Assembly: GCF_036321535.1 (NCBI RefSeq)
Contig: NC_087436.1
Location: 54,004,001-54,068,000, forward strand
Length of the DNA stretch: 64,000 nucleotides
Source: Camelus dromedarius
Taxonomy: Eukaryota
Direction: 5' to 3'
Under the pieces are notes generated by a model, which was given only the letters and a program-made list of their open reading frames with translations, made no database searches and was not told where the DNA came from. The position numbers were made by a program, and so were the translations under genes. This document shows, piece by piece, positions 14,306-27,162 of this stretch (within the stretch, counting starts at the first letter, position 1; every line of letters begins with the position of its first letter).

Positions 14306-16148
14306 CTGTAAAAACAACAACAACAAAAGTGTTTATGTATTAAATGGACGTTAGTAAGAAGAAAATACCTCTTATTTTCCCTATTGCAAACTCAATACTA
14401 TTTCAATTACAATAAAGCAAGATTAAATCCAGTCATATAATTATCTTGAAAATGTTTTAAGACATTAGTTTAGAAGAGTTGAATTTTAAACCTTTTCAAT
14501 GATGAAAAAAATTTAGAAATGAAAATAATTCAAATAATATGTCAAAACATTTTTTTTAAATAAGGTCTTATAACTATATACAGTAGGCTTTAAAATGTAT
14601 AAATAATTAAATGTTAGCACTGGTTTTTAAGTTTAGAGGTTAGACAAAGTAACATTTACATTACAGGAAATCACAGAGTATATGAAAAGCATAAGGAAAA
14701 AAAGCAAGTTTAATAAAGACCAAGAGAGAAGATAAGAATCTTAGAATCCCTAAAATCCAGCTGCCTCATCATAATGGAAAAGTGCACAATACACACAAAT
14801 TACTGTTTACTTGTAGCAGAGGGTTCTTCGATGGCTGCTAGGACAGAAAGTAGCTTTAACAAGGAAAAAAATGGGTTATTTAAAATATTTTTCTTTGCAA
14901 AGTTCTATTTAAAATGACACTCATCTTAGTAAAGAAAGGAAAATTTGACTTCAGAGGTGAAGCAAACGAGGTCAACATGGCTTTGTTATCATCGCCTGCC
15001 TTCATATTCTAAGAAACTAATTGGTTTTAAACTACTCAGTATGCTTTGGCCTCCAAAATGGCTCTTCATGAACGATAACTGAATACCCATAGCAGAGTTG
15101 AAGGTAAGCAAACCTAAACTAAAACCAAAAGTATTGCCTCTCAGAAAAAGCTAAGAAGACAGAAATACATGTCTATGCAAAACACTATCACTATTAATAA
15201 CTGAGTCATCCAAAGATGTAGGAATGCTTTCAAAACTTTTCTTTTAAAATTTATGCAGTTTTCAAGCTAATAATTTTCTCCAAGTTCTTTTAAGTTACTT
15301 ATTGGGAATCTAAAGATAAAAATCTGTTTCTTATAAAACACATTTTCCTCATGGCATGCTTCCCTTGACAGAGCTGCCTACTAATCTCTTTACCACTCTT
15401 CATAGTTCTTAACCTATAGATAAGGAGGTGGCTGGGTGATTATCAGAAAGAACATAAAGGCAAGGTTAAGCTGTCTCACATGCCAACTGATTACTTGCCT
15501 GGTGGTCCTTGTTAATTTTTCCTGCTTTTAGAGTGAAGTATAAAAAGATAGACAACAGAGGCTTATTGGCCCTGAAAACTGATAATTACAGATATTATCT
15601 GGTTCAGTTGTGGGGGCCCATCTATACTAGAAAGGGGTCTATTACCAAAACAAGAATAGAAAACAGGTTGGATAAAAAGTAAAGTTTACATTTAGAGTTC
15701 AAATAGTCTAAAACAATTTCAAATTTTGCAATGGAATTATGAAGTCTGTCCTAAAAAGTGAGAGAAATCAAAGAATATAATATATTCAACTAAATGATTT
15801 GTTTTTATGCTTTTGATGTTAAACATCTTTTTCAAACTATACCCTTCAGTCATTAATGAATGATTTGCTATACTTAGAGGCAAATTACTTGTTAGACCTA
15901 TAGCATTATACCTGTTATAGTATTATACCTATGTGTTATATTGGCAGAATATTTGTATTATGGTTATAGTATTTTTAATGATCATGCACCAAGAAGCTTT
16001 CCAAGTGAAAAATTATTTTGATTACTTACCAGTAGAGTTCCTTATTATTGAATCACCTCTGCAGATCCTTGTTCTTTAGCAGTATTTTTAACTTTCATTT
16101 TTTAAATTTATTCATTTTGACTACCTCTTCAAATGCTGCAGAGCTGTT

Positions 16149-16259
16149 GAATCATTAAATTTCAGGTACGTAAGCGTGAGCACTAGCGCATGCATTGAGT
16201 GTGAGTCAAACTCCACTATATGTCTGCATATATGTAAGCATCACACACCCCCTCAGTAC
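16149..16259 (-). promoter_or_regulatory. Intronic element complementary to the candidate exon's 3' end and donor (partner 18219-18323)
   Basis: Several collinear blocks of inverted complementarity, e.g. caccccctcagt, agcgcatgc, aggta.gtaag. Confidence 0.55.
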
Positions 16260-16925
16260 TGTTGGTGCAAACAATAAAAACCCAACAGTCCAGGGACATC
16301 AGAGGAATAACAACTTTTCTGAAGGAGATAACTCAACAGGAGAATGCCACGTAGAAGGTGACGTTCTTCACGTTCTCTTAACTTGGCATCTCTACTACTT
16401 TCTTGGACCACTTTTACAATATTATGAATTTTGGTTCCAGGGAAAAGAGGGACAAAAAAGTTAAGAAATATTGCAGAGTTTCATAAAATCTTTGGCTTAC
16501 AAATTGAAGCAGCAATATTTGAAATTGTGGTAGATCAGGAGAAAAAGTAGCATAGCTCCATGGAATATGGTGTGAATTGTCCTAATTCATGAAAATCACA
16601 TTGCTTCATGAAAATGTGTTATCAAGCTACCCAGGAGCCAAATTATTTGTATACTCACATACAACACACATACCACACACAAGTAAAGAGAAAAATATAT
16701 AGTTATCCAATGGACAGAAATCATTTTGGACCACATGGGTGCTTTCTTTTATATCCATTTCTATGATGCTAACTAAAACAAAAATTATACTCTGATAACT
16801 CTAAAATCTGCTCATACCAACTGCAAAGCAAGTCATTCTCCTTTGATAATGAAGGCCCAGAAGAGGGAAAAAACCTGAACAGGTTGATACAAGTTTTCAT
16901 TTCAAGATAAACAGGCATCCTAGAA

Positions 16926-17370
16926 CGTGGTTCCCAAAGTGCAGTCAGAGGATCACTAGGTCAAAACTACTTTCATAAAAATACCACGATTCGATTTGTA
17001 TTGACACTTGCACTGATGGTAAAAAAAACATCAGTGGGTAAAACTGCTGGAGCTTTAGCATTAAACCAGTCAGTGGCACCCAACTTTATTAGTTGTTTAT
17101 ATTCCTCACCATCACACACCCACAGTACAATAAATGCTATTCTCCTCAGCAATTTTTTTTAACTTTGAGAAGTTATTTTTCATAAAAATATGTTATTTAT
17201 GGGTTTTTATTATTTTAAAATGCAAGACTAAATAATTTTTAAAATTGTCTCCATTTTAATTTCTAATACAGTAAATACTGATAGATATAATCTATATATA
17301 TAAACAAATGTTCTTTGAGATCTTCAGTAATTTTTAAGCATCTAAAAGAGCAAAAGTTTAAGAACCACTG
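16926..17370. mobile_element. hAT-Charlie1-like DNA transposon remnant
   Basis: Terminal inverted ends (cgtggttccc...aagaaccactg) and internal gcactgatggt...gtgggtaaaactgctgg motif. Confidence 0.65.
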
Positions 17371-18296
17371 CCAATGGATTACCTAACTTTTATAGGAATT
17401 GGAAAAAAACAAAACAAAACATAGAAAAGAGATTCTGAAAATCAATGATATGCTTGGCAGATGTGATAACAGAAAAAACTAAAATCAAAAAGCATGGTAG
17501 GAATCCTAGATTTTGGTTCTCAGATATTTCAAGCAAATTTAAGCACCTAAACATTTCATTTTGCTTATTTGAGTAAAAATTCTACTTAAGCTTAGGAGAA
17601 TATTCCATGATTAAATCTGTTGCTTATTTCATTACAACTTAGTATGTTATCAACAAATAGTTTTTTCAGGGGTTGAGTAGGGGTCTTGTTTGTGTGGAAT
17701 AAATTAGCATTAATTCTTATTGCTGGAAGCAAATGATTAAGTTTAATCACTTTTTCTTAATGCCCAAAGAAAACTGAATGGACTTCAAAGGGTAGTAGCT
17801 GACACTCATGCTATTATGAATGTTATCAGGAACATGACTTTAAAATCAAAGACTAACTGGAAGAAATTCTTAGAATCAGGAAGAGTTCACATTCTCTAGA
17901 TACATTTGAGAGAGTAAGTGACATAATGCAAGACTGAGACTTTTGCATCCTTCAGCAAGTACCAGCAACTCCAAGGGAATGTTTATCAGAGCTCAACAAA
18001 CACAATCCACAAAAAATGCAACCCAGGCCCATACAGAGCAAACACTTATGTGAGAAAGACAGTCTTGAGACAGCACAATGTCATAAACGTCTGAAGACTT
18101 TGAAAAACTGCTCCTGATGCACATCACAGACAAATACTGACCAAAATACAGAATTACAAAATTACATATCAAGATGACACAGGCCCTGCATGATCTATGG
18201 GGAGGAAGAGGAAGAAAGGCACTGAGGGGGTGCAATACAGATGCATATACAAAGAGATATAAGGCAATCAACGCATGCGCTGGTGTGAACACTTAC

Positions 18297-18368
18297 CTAC
18301 CTACATTTGAATTTCAATGGTTCCAAGTTCTTCAGGTCCCACTCATGGAAACTCCAAAGAATGGAGAT
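18297..18368 (-). other. Candidate poison (PTC-containing) cassette exon in intron 5
   Basis: tcttctctccag|ATCTCC...TGTAGGTAG|gtaagt; 72 nt; in phase 1 reads (D)LHSLEFP-TGA; no expression evidence available. Confidence 0.45.
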
Positions 18369-21300
18369 CTGGAGAGAAGATCTCAAGTTGAAGAACCTTT
18401 TTCCCCCTGAGTTTCAAGTTTAATGTTTAAAACATTGGTACAGATAGATCACAGGTCCAGAAAAATATGCCAAGAATTCCAGTAACTCAATTGAAGTTAT
18501 GTTGATCAACTACTAAAAAGAATAGGTTTCTTAAGATTATAACATGTTTATCTTATTCCTAAGAAAAGGCCCTCATACACAATGCTATAAGATTATTAAG
18601 CTTATTGGTAAATAGGACTTAATGATGAAACTGTGTCAAAACAATTCACAACACAGTCTCTACAGCAGTAATGTATATACGGTGTGTATATTATTCATAC
18701 TATAAAGAGCACAATATTTCTACTCACAGACTTGCATAAAAACCCCATCTACAGTCAAATAAACTATGTACAGTTGAAACAATAAAAACAAGCAGATATA
18801 AATCTTGATGAGAAGTTTTAATACAAACTGTATAAGGATCATCTGGGCATAATGAAGACTGAAGAAAATTACCCTTGTCTAATAGAACATCTATATTTCA
18901 AAAAACTATATAAAAATTAAAAATTAGAAAGGATGTAACAGTGAAGTAGAACTTGCAAGTTGAAGCAAGTTACAACTCTATTATAATGTTGAATAGCAAA
19001 CTGACTTAAATACAGCAACCAAGAGGATGGTTTGTGTTTAAAAACTCTATACATTCACACTGCAGATACAAGACTTCCTTTTCAGTTACTTAGTACCTTT
19101 TTGTTGACTCATCAGGAAAGTGAAGAATTTTTATTCTAAATCTAGTGCTGAACATAAGAAACTAAAAATATTTACAATTGTTTAAAATGAATTTACTTTG
19201 AAAGCCCTCTTTACACAAAATGTGCATTAGATGTTTTGCACCCAGATTACCCCTATAATTGACACCCCAGGTTATACATTTCAGTGACAAATAGCAATTT
19301 CAAAGGAAAATAAAGAGAATCAAGATTCATTAGTATCAAAAATATTGGAGGTCTAAAAACAATACTTTTTTTTTCTTTCTAAAAGTTAACAAAAAATGGA
19401 AAAGAGAGTTCAAAAGCTTTTCTGGGTTCTGAAAATAAGAGAGTCTCTGCAGAGCAAAATTTCCCTTCTGTAAAAGTTCTAGAGTTAAATGACAAAATTA
19501 CACGAGTGAGTATAATGTAAAAACAGCAACAACCAAAACCCCCTAAAGCAAGTCACAAGAGAAAACTCTTATTATTCATAAGAAGCTTATCCATTTACTA
19601 TTCTCAATCCAATGACATCCAGAATGATTATGTCCTAATCTAGTAGATAACTTTTTCCCTAGACTCGCTCCAGGTTAAATTATTTATTATAGATCAACTC
19701 TTGTTATAATAAATACTGCTACAAAGGTTTCACAGATACATCAACTCTGATTAAAGAAAACTCTAGGCTTTTATCGCAGAAAGAAACTGGTCTCTTACAG
19801 GTTAAAATTGGTTTTTTGTGGCCTTTTGTTTTTTGTGTTTTTTTAGAAGAGAACTACTGCCAGCTCTTGCTTAAGTAGCTCTTGTTGGGAGAAATAAACC
19901 CAGTCATGTGCCATTGCTGAGAGAAAGGCCACATCTACATATACATCTAAGTATAAATTTAAGGCCTGTATTTTTGTATAGTAAATTAAGCTAAATACCA
20001 GGTTAATTTACATGATAACATGTCTATCTTACAAACATGTGTTTAAAAACATAAAAATTTTTTGCTTTGCAAAAGGATTTACTGGCTTTAACAACAACCA
20101 AAAAACCCCACAAAACCAAAAACAAGCATTACTAGTTACCTGGGAACATTTCTATGATCAAGTTTTTATACTTTATAATTACATGGAAGTTATTTGCACC
20201 ACACAGACTGTGTTAACAGGAAATATCTACATAACCCAAAGATTTCTGATTTCTAGCCAGTAACAATTCTTAAAACATTATTTAATTAAATTTTTTTTCA
20301 GTAAATAAAATATAGGCAGTTTGTTAACAGAATTTTACTGGAAGTTAGAAAACTGGGTTACTAATTTTTATACAAGTTGATTACACATCATAGTTTTCTG
20401 CCCTGAATTTCTCTCTGAATGAGTATTTTAAGTGGCCTAAATTAAAGATACATTGATATTTGTCCAAAATCCATTATTTATCTATGGCTTTGGCCTTACC
20501 TCTTAAAGGCCAAACAACACCTGACTGCTCACTTCAATGTCATTTCTGGTACCTACAAACTTGTGCATAGGCAATAATCAGGTGTTTGATACCATCATAT
20601 TTCAACTGTTATAGTAACATCAATAATAAAAACAAGGTCTGGTCTTTCAGTTTTACTGTCACTATATGAATATTCATTTTCAAATATAGGTAAGCATTCC
20701 ACGTACAAAGTCTCCTGATGTGTTTCATATGTTGAAATTATATCAGCTGAAATATAAATGAATATTTATATTGCAATATTAAAATGTGGCAATAACTAAT
20801 GATGAAAGCTATACAAATGTAAAAATTAAATCAAGGCAGAATAATAGAGATTAGATTATCTATTCTCTTTAGAATTTACAATAAAAAATAAAATAAATGT
20901 TAGAAGCTGTTGTTGATTTTTAGTTATTTCATTCCATTCAGGCCATGACTGGTTCAACAAAAAGTCCAATTTAAGAATTCTTTACATCTTGTGAGGATGA
21001 GTTAAAATCAGAAAGCCAACTCTGCCACCTCAAATTTTCACTATAAGGAAAATCTCAAAAATAATATTCAATAACATCTATGATAGTTACCGTCAATCCA
21101 GACTAAAGCAAATAAAGAAAAACATGTTAGAGAATGAGGAACCCCAAACATACTTTGTTACTCCACTGCCTGCAGTTAAAATTTGTTATCTATTTAGTAT
21201 CACAATGCTAAATGCACTATTATGAAAGCAATCTAAAAGCTGAAAATGCTGCAAAAAGTATTATTTTTGTATTATAATGCCAAACTTTAAATCATTGACA

Positions 21301-24300
21301 AAAAACTGTAAGAACAATTCCATTTTTTGTGTGTGATAAAATTTCTGATTCTTGGATTCAGAAGTTCAGTCCATAATGGCCAAAGCTGAATATCAATGCC
21401 AATACTGGACCATATGGAATTAAACCAAAATGTGCATTTGGTAAACCTCTACTAAAAACCAAGTTCTTAGCCTGTCCATTAAATAACAGCATTATTATAG
21501 TAATTGTTTAGAAGGATTATGATGAAAAGCTAACCTCAATAATTGGTCAAATTTAATAGGCAGAATTAGCAGGAGGCACAAGAATAATTAACTGCTCTGT
21601 TCATCAGTAAAACAATTTGTTTAAAATGACATTTGTAGCAGAACTTCATGAATGCAACCTGCTTCAGATTGATTACAAAGCTCTGCTGGACAAGCAGTAA
21701 AAATTTAGAAATTTTTTACAAAGAGAACAACAGTTAATAAATAAAGAATTCCAATGTTATTTTTTTTAAAGCCTAAAAGCTTTTCAGTGGCACAATAAAT
21801 CTTCAACACACTTTGTTCGACATACTATAGAGTACTTTAATTTGACAAACCAGGCTTCAAAAGATACAATCGTAAAAGTACATCTTCTATGCTTTTATAA
21901 ACAGAAAAAGTGAACAGAAAATACAATGAAAATACTATATAGGAAAATTAATATTATCACTGAAAAAAGACAATAAATTGCAAAGATAAAATTTTACATT
22001 TTTAATTTTGTTTTGTTTTCTCCCCTTAAAGTTAGGGGAAAAGCTTTTAGTATTTAGGAAATATATGGAATTATTAATTAGCTTATACTCAGAGTAAGTA
22101 AACTTTGGAAACAGTTCTTCACTCATGCAAACCAAATCATTTTCTACACATTCCACATCTAGGAAGTATTCTTCCTTACCTATAATAAAGTAATGCCAAC
22201 ACATAAACAAGTAGCTCAGGCCAAAGTGCTTTTTTAGTTTTTAATCAGGATTATTCCTTATTAATTTCTACTATTCCTATTTTAAGTATAAAGAAAATTC
22301 AAGTAAGCCAAGTCATCGGGCTGAGTTAGCTGGGAAAATGAACAGTATTATGAGAATTGTGAAACTGTTGCCATGGTTGAAATGAAAGTAGCAGCTAAAA
22401 TGAACTGCATACTAAGTGACCTTTAAATTAGAGAAAATATTTTACAGGCTTTTTTTAAACAACTGAATTTAAGTACTTGGCTTAATACTTAAATTCAATT
22501 GTTATGCTCCAATAACATGCTCTGTGTGTTGCACTTCCTAAGTAGCATGGATGGCCTTCCTTCAACCATAGTTTAGTTAGCGTAGGCCCATGAGGCCACA
22601 TAGTAAGAATTATCATGAGAGTATCCCAGAGAGATTTCAGGAACCACAAAAAAAGAGAAATTAGTCTTTCAATAACAAGGCGGTATTAAAATATCACAGA
22701 AGAATCAGCTCTATTTATAAAAATCATATATACATATACAAATATATGTATATATTATATAGGTCACATGAAGAAACCAGCCATAGACTGTGTATATTAC
22801 ATTAGTCATTTTAGAAGGAAATGAATTTTTCCTTTCCTGATGGCATTTCTGTTTCCTTCACTTTTTCCTCTCATGGCATAGCTTATGTAAAACAAGTAAT
22901 TTTAGCCTGCTTTAATGCTTATCATCATTCATTAATAATTTTCTTTAGAATTGTAATAGATTTTCCCCTGTATTTTCTGCCTCTAGCACAGGTATATTAA
23001 GAAAGAATTAAACTCTCAATTACAGAGTTTTCCAGGAGATACATACTGATTAATCATGGTTACTTATAATATAGTAAAAATGGTGACCATCAATAGATTC
23101 CTCAACAAGGTATTAAATTATTCCAGTGCTTTACTTTAGATTACTGGTTTGTTTCTATTCAAACTGCAATCAACTTACAAGTATACATACACAGATTTAT
23201 CAAGTCTGTAGATTACCTATGGTAAATTTTTAACCACAGATTTGGTACTATTACTATCATTGTGTTTTCAATACCACTTTCTCCTACCGCCATGTATGTG
23301 AACAGCAAATATAAACTAATACAGAGGGCAAGAGTTTATAATGCTTCTAACTTGTTTAATGAAGAAAATGCATTCCAGGAACATATTTTTCTTCCAAGTA
23401 TAGATTTTGTTAATAAAACATTTTTAGACAATACTAAGCATCCAGAAAAGTCAATTAATATTTTCCAAACTCCTATTATATGCTAAAATGGTGTTATATT
23501 TGAAAACAGTTGAATATCTGAACAAAATTTTCAGTCTTCACTGCAATGTTTTGGCACTAGGTAACCAAAGCTAGGAAAAAGAGTACCCAAGAAACTAATG
23601 AGATAAAAATATCTACAGTAATGTTTGAGTTCCTTGTTTACAGAATAACTAAAACTTTAAAGTAGTAACTACATAAAAAAAATATAGGAACTTCACATTT
23701 CCTCAAACTGAATGTCAAACTGTCAACACACTTTTCTCTAACCACAACTGTCAAATACTTGGACTATTTTGGAGGGCCACAGAACTGAAGAGTTCTCTTT
23801 TTCCATGGGAAAAACAGGTATGATTTTCCCCAAAAGGATAAATATGAAATGACCTTTACTAAACAAAAAGTTTTATCTTATTCTATTTAAACATGATTTT
23901 ATTTAGCAATATAATTGATACAACTTTTCTAGTTAAGCAATTATAACTTTTTCTATTCAAATATTCCACTCTTACTTGTCTGAGTATAAAAAGTTTTAAT
24001 TGCTTTACCAATGGGGAAACAAAAGAATATACCCAGCTCATAGCTTAAAAATTCTGAGCTGGTTTTAAAATTTCAAAACTCATGAACCTTGAGTTATATA
24101 TAGTTTTATCAAAGGATAGAAATATGCCTTTACTGAGTGTTTTCATTATATACTTGTCTTGCTTCTGTTTAGGAAACCAGATTTCTTATTTAATGGATTC
24201 AAAATTGGATATGCTCAGAGTTGTCCATTATATGGACAGGAATCAAGGTATCCTTAGTCTCAGTCTGGTGTGAATCCACTTTTAGGACTAATAAACAATG

Positions 24301-27015
24301 TGCAAAAGTTTTTACTAGAGAAACCATGTTGGTGAGTCTTGGTGACTATTTTCAGTACTTTCTTATCTTTATATTTAAAAAATTTTTATCTATGAAGCTA
24401 TAAAGTAATCCCTTAACTATGAATGAGTCTTAAGCTATTGGGCCCAAGGGGAGAGTTAATTTCTTGGCTAGAGTAACAGGGAGGTAGTTATCACTCAACT
24501 GCTCTACTCAGAAACTAGCAGAGACCTGTATATTGAAATTCAATAGTAAATACACATGAAAAGGAATTTTCATTTATCAGTGCTAACAAAAAGTGCCTCC
24601 TGAGTTTCAAAAGCTCTGCTGTTTTCTTGTCTTCAGTGACTCATCTGGGTGGATAGGATCAATACCAAATATCTGAAGTTAGCCAAGGAGATCTAAAATT
24701 AAGTTGGAAAGTCTGTAAACACTTATTTTAAAGAAAAGAGTAAGTAAATAACCGACACAACAACAAAGATACTTAATAATTATGCAAAACAAAAGAGGAT
24801 ACAATCTAAGTTAAAGAGCATCATTGACAAAAAGAACCACTTCACAAACTATGATCCCCATGATAGACAAACATAAACGGAAGCAAAGGAAAGAAGATAG
24901 TTACAAGTTTGGCATTTCTTCCTTAAAATACTAAACATAACTTCACTTCTATTTTATCTAAAAAGTTTTGAAAGCTGTATTAAATTGCAGCTTTTAGAAT
25001 AATGGAACAAAATGACCACTGCTCCAGTAATGTTCTGAGAAAAGTTAATATAGCTTTCTAAAGTATCTAAGTTATTTCTTGTGAATACTTGCACACCAGG
25101 GGAAAAACCTAATCTTACAAAAGAAATGTATTATGCATTTAGACTGTGCACTCTGCACATTGTTAACATTACCTTCTCAGAACACTTCCCTACACAGTGT
25201 GATATCCTATTATAGAGAGTCAATCACAAACTCTTTTGGATTAGAATTAGTAATGGTTTTGAAGACCATTTTGCCATTTGATATGTTTTCGTACAGATTT
25301 TTGAACAACAGCTTCCTCAAAGGATAAAGAAATGGTTTAGATGCATAACGAGACTAATTCTTTTATATCCAAAGCTGCTATAATAACTGCATGACTAGTT
25401 TCTTTCATTTATCATTCTAAACCTTCTTCCCACTCAACTCTTGTCCCACTTTCTCAGGTGTCCAAGCCAAAATGTAGTTGAAGGGAAAGGAAGTGACATG
25501 AACAACTGGCCAATGATTTCTGAATGCAATTCAAATACCCATATATCATGTTCAAGTTTCAATTATTTAGGAGCTAGCTATTCATTTTGTAGGTTACCCA
25601 GATATTGTGTTTCTGTTCCTCCTATTTATATTTAGGACACTTTCTCTTCAAAAATGATTCCACCAGAGGGCAAGAAAAATAGAGGTAACTGATCCTATAA
25701 AAACTACCAGTTGTTATTTGCTCAAGTTTAACAGGTAAGCCATTTGATAAATAAGAATACTTTTTTTTATTATTATAACTGATAATTTTAATTCAGAGGT
25801 TTAAAACTGGTATTTCTTGGAAAGGATGTGACCTGAGTACACATTCTGTCTAGCTTTTACAGTGCTAAAAAAGCAAATGTAATCAAACATTTAAAAAACA
25901 GATGTCACATGAAAAGCTAGATTTCTAGCTTCCTCCTATCCCCAAAGTTAAAGATCTGGCAGTATTTGGTCAAATTGCCACACAGAAACAACTGGCTAGA
26001 GGAGAGTAGCAGCTCTCCCCTTTCAATGGGGCAGGGCTAAAGTCCCTACCATCTGCTGTTACAGTAACTAACACCAAGGCCAAATGCCAGTAGCTATTTG
26101 TCACCAATTTTTATTTACTTATTTTTAACTATTGAGAATAATTTCTTTGGACCCATGAAAAAATAAAAATATACCTAAAGGGCCATGTGTTTCTAGAATA
26201 CATGGAACAATACTATTACATGTTCAGTATACAAATAAAGTTATCTCTGTCAAAGATTACAACTTAAAATGCCATTATGAAACAAACCACAGAAAGACCT
26301 CATTAATGTTACATTCTAGGAACCTACCAGAATTTGAGTGTTTGAATCATTCAGTAATTCATGTAAGATGATAAATGGATGAATTTTTTGTGACATTTGA
26401 AAGTACAGTGAAGTCTTCAGATCACTGTTTTTATGTTCATTTAATTAACAACCATATAGACTATCTGAAATTGACATGTCATTTGTTGCTGGGCTCTAAG
26501 AATGTTTTACAGAAAAAAGAAACTTCTGTTACATGTATTTATTAAAATTCTAAAATCAGGTATCTGCAATTGCTTTGAACTTTACTTTTCTAAGGCCAGA
26601 TTTCATTAAAATTTTTTTATTGTTACAAGTAAATCTAGTATCTAAATAAAATAATTTTAATAATATAGACAGTATTTATGTTTTAAAGCTGCTCCTGGTA
26701 TTAATAGAAAGTAATAAACATAAGATATTTTAACACTGTTTATTTTAAAAATATTCGTAGCAAGAAATCTTAAACCATACCATTATGTTGTTTCTTGTTT
26801 TTGGTATTAACATGGACAATCTTTCAACAATTAGTTCCATTTAAATTAGACCATTCTGTATTTTTGAAACATTGTAATTTAATGTTGGCTAATTACTAAT
26901 TTTATGTGCTACTTATGAATGCTTTGTTCATAATTTTTCTAAATTTTTTGTACTATTATAATGATGATTTTTAATTTTTCCCCCAGAGATAAAGCAAGTT
27001 TTCAATTTTGTTTAC

Positions 27016-27162
27016 CATTCTCATTGCTATAGTTCATCAGCATGCCACAAAAGACAGTCAAGAGCTTCTCATTGGCGGGATCTGTTATACTGCACAGTGA
27101 CCTTAAATGGTCAATTACAATCTGTGCACCACCTGCTTGGTCAACTGCACTTCTGCCCTCAT
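27016..27162 (-). CDS. RAP1GDS1: RAP1GDS1 exon 5 (147 nt, cassette exon; 607 vs 558 isoforms): HEGRSAVDQAGGAQIVIDHLRSLCSITDPANEKLLTVFCGMLMNYSNEN
   Basis: Acceptor ttttacag|AT, donor ATG|gtaaac; 49 codons equals the 607-558 difference; manually translated. Confidence 0.96.

Noticed and set aside
16161..16176. Plus-strand donor-like motif caggtacgtaag
   Set aside because: Wrong strand for the host gene; better explained as the complement of the donor near 18297
22310..22600. Possible conserved element with atggttgaa/ttcaaccat inverted match
   Set aside because: Only about 9-10 bp of complementarity; expected by chance
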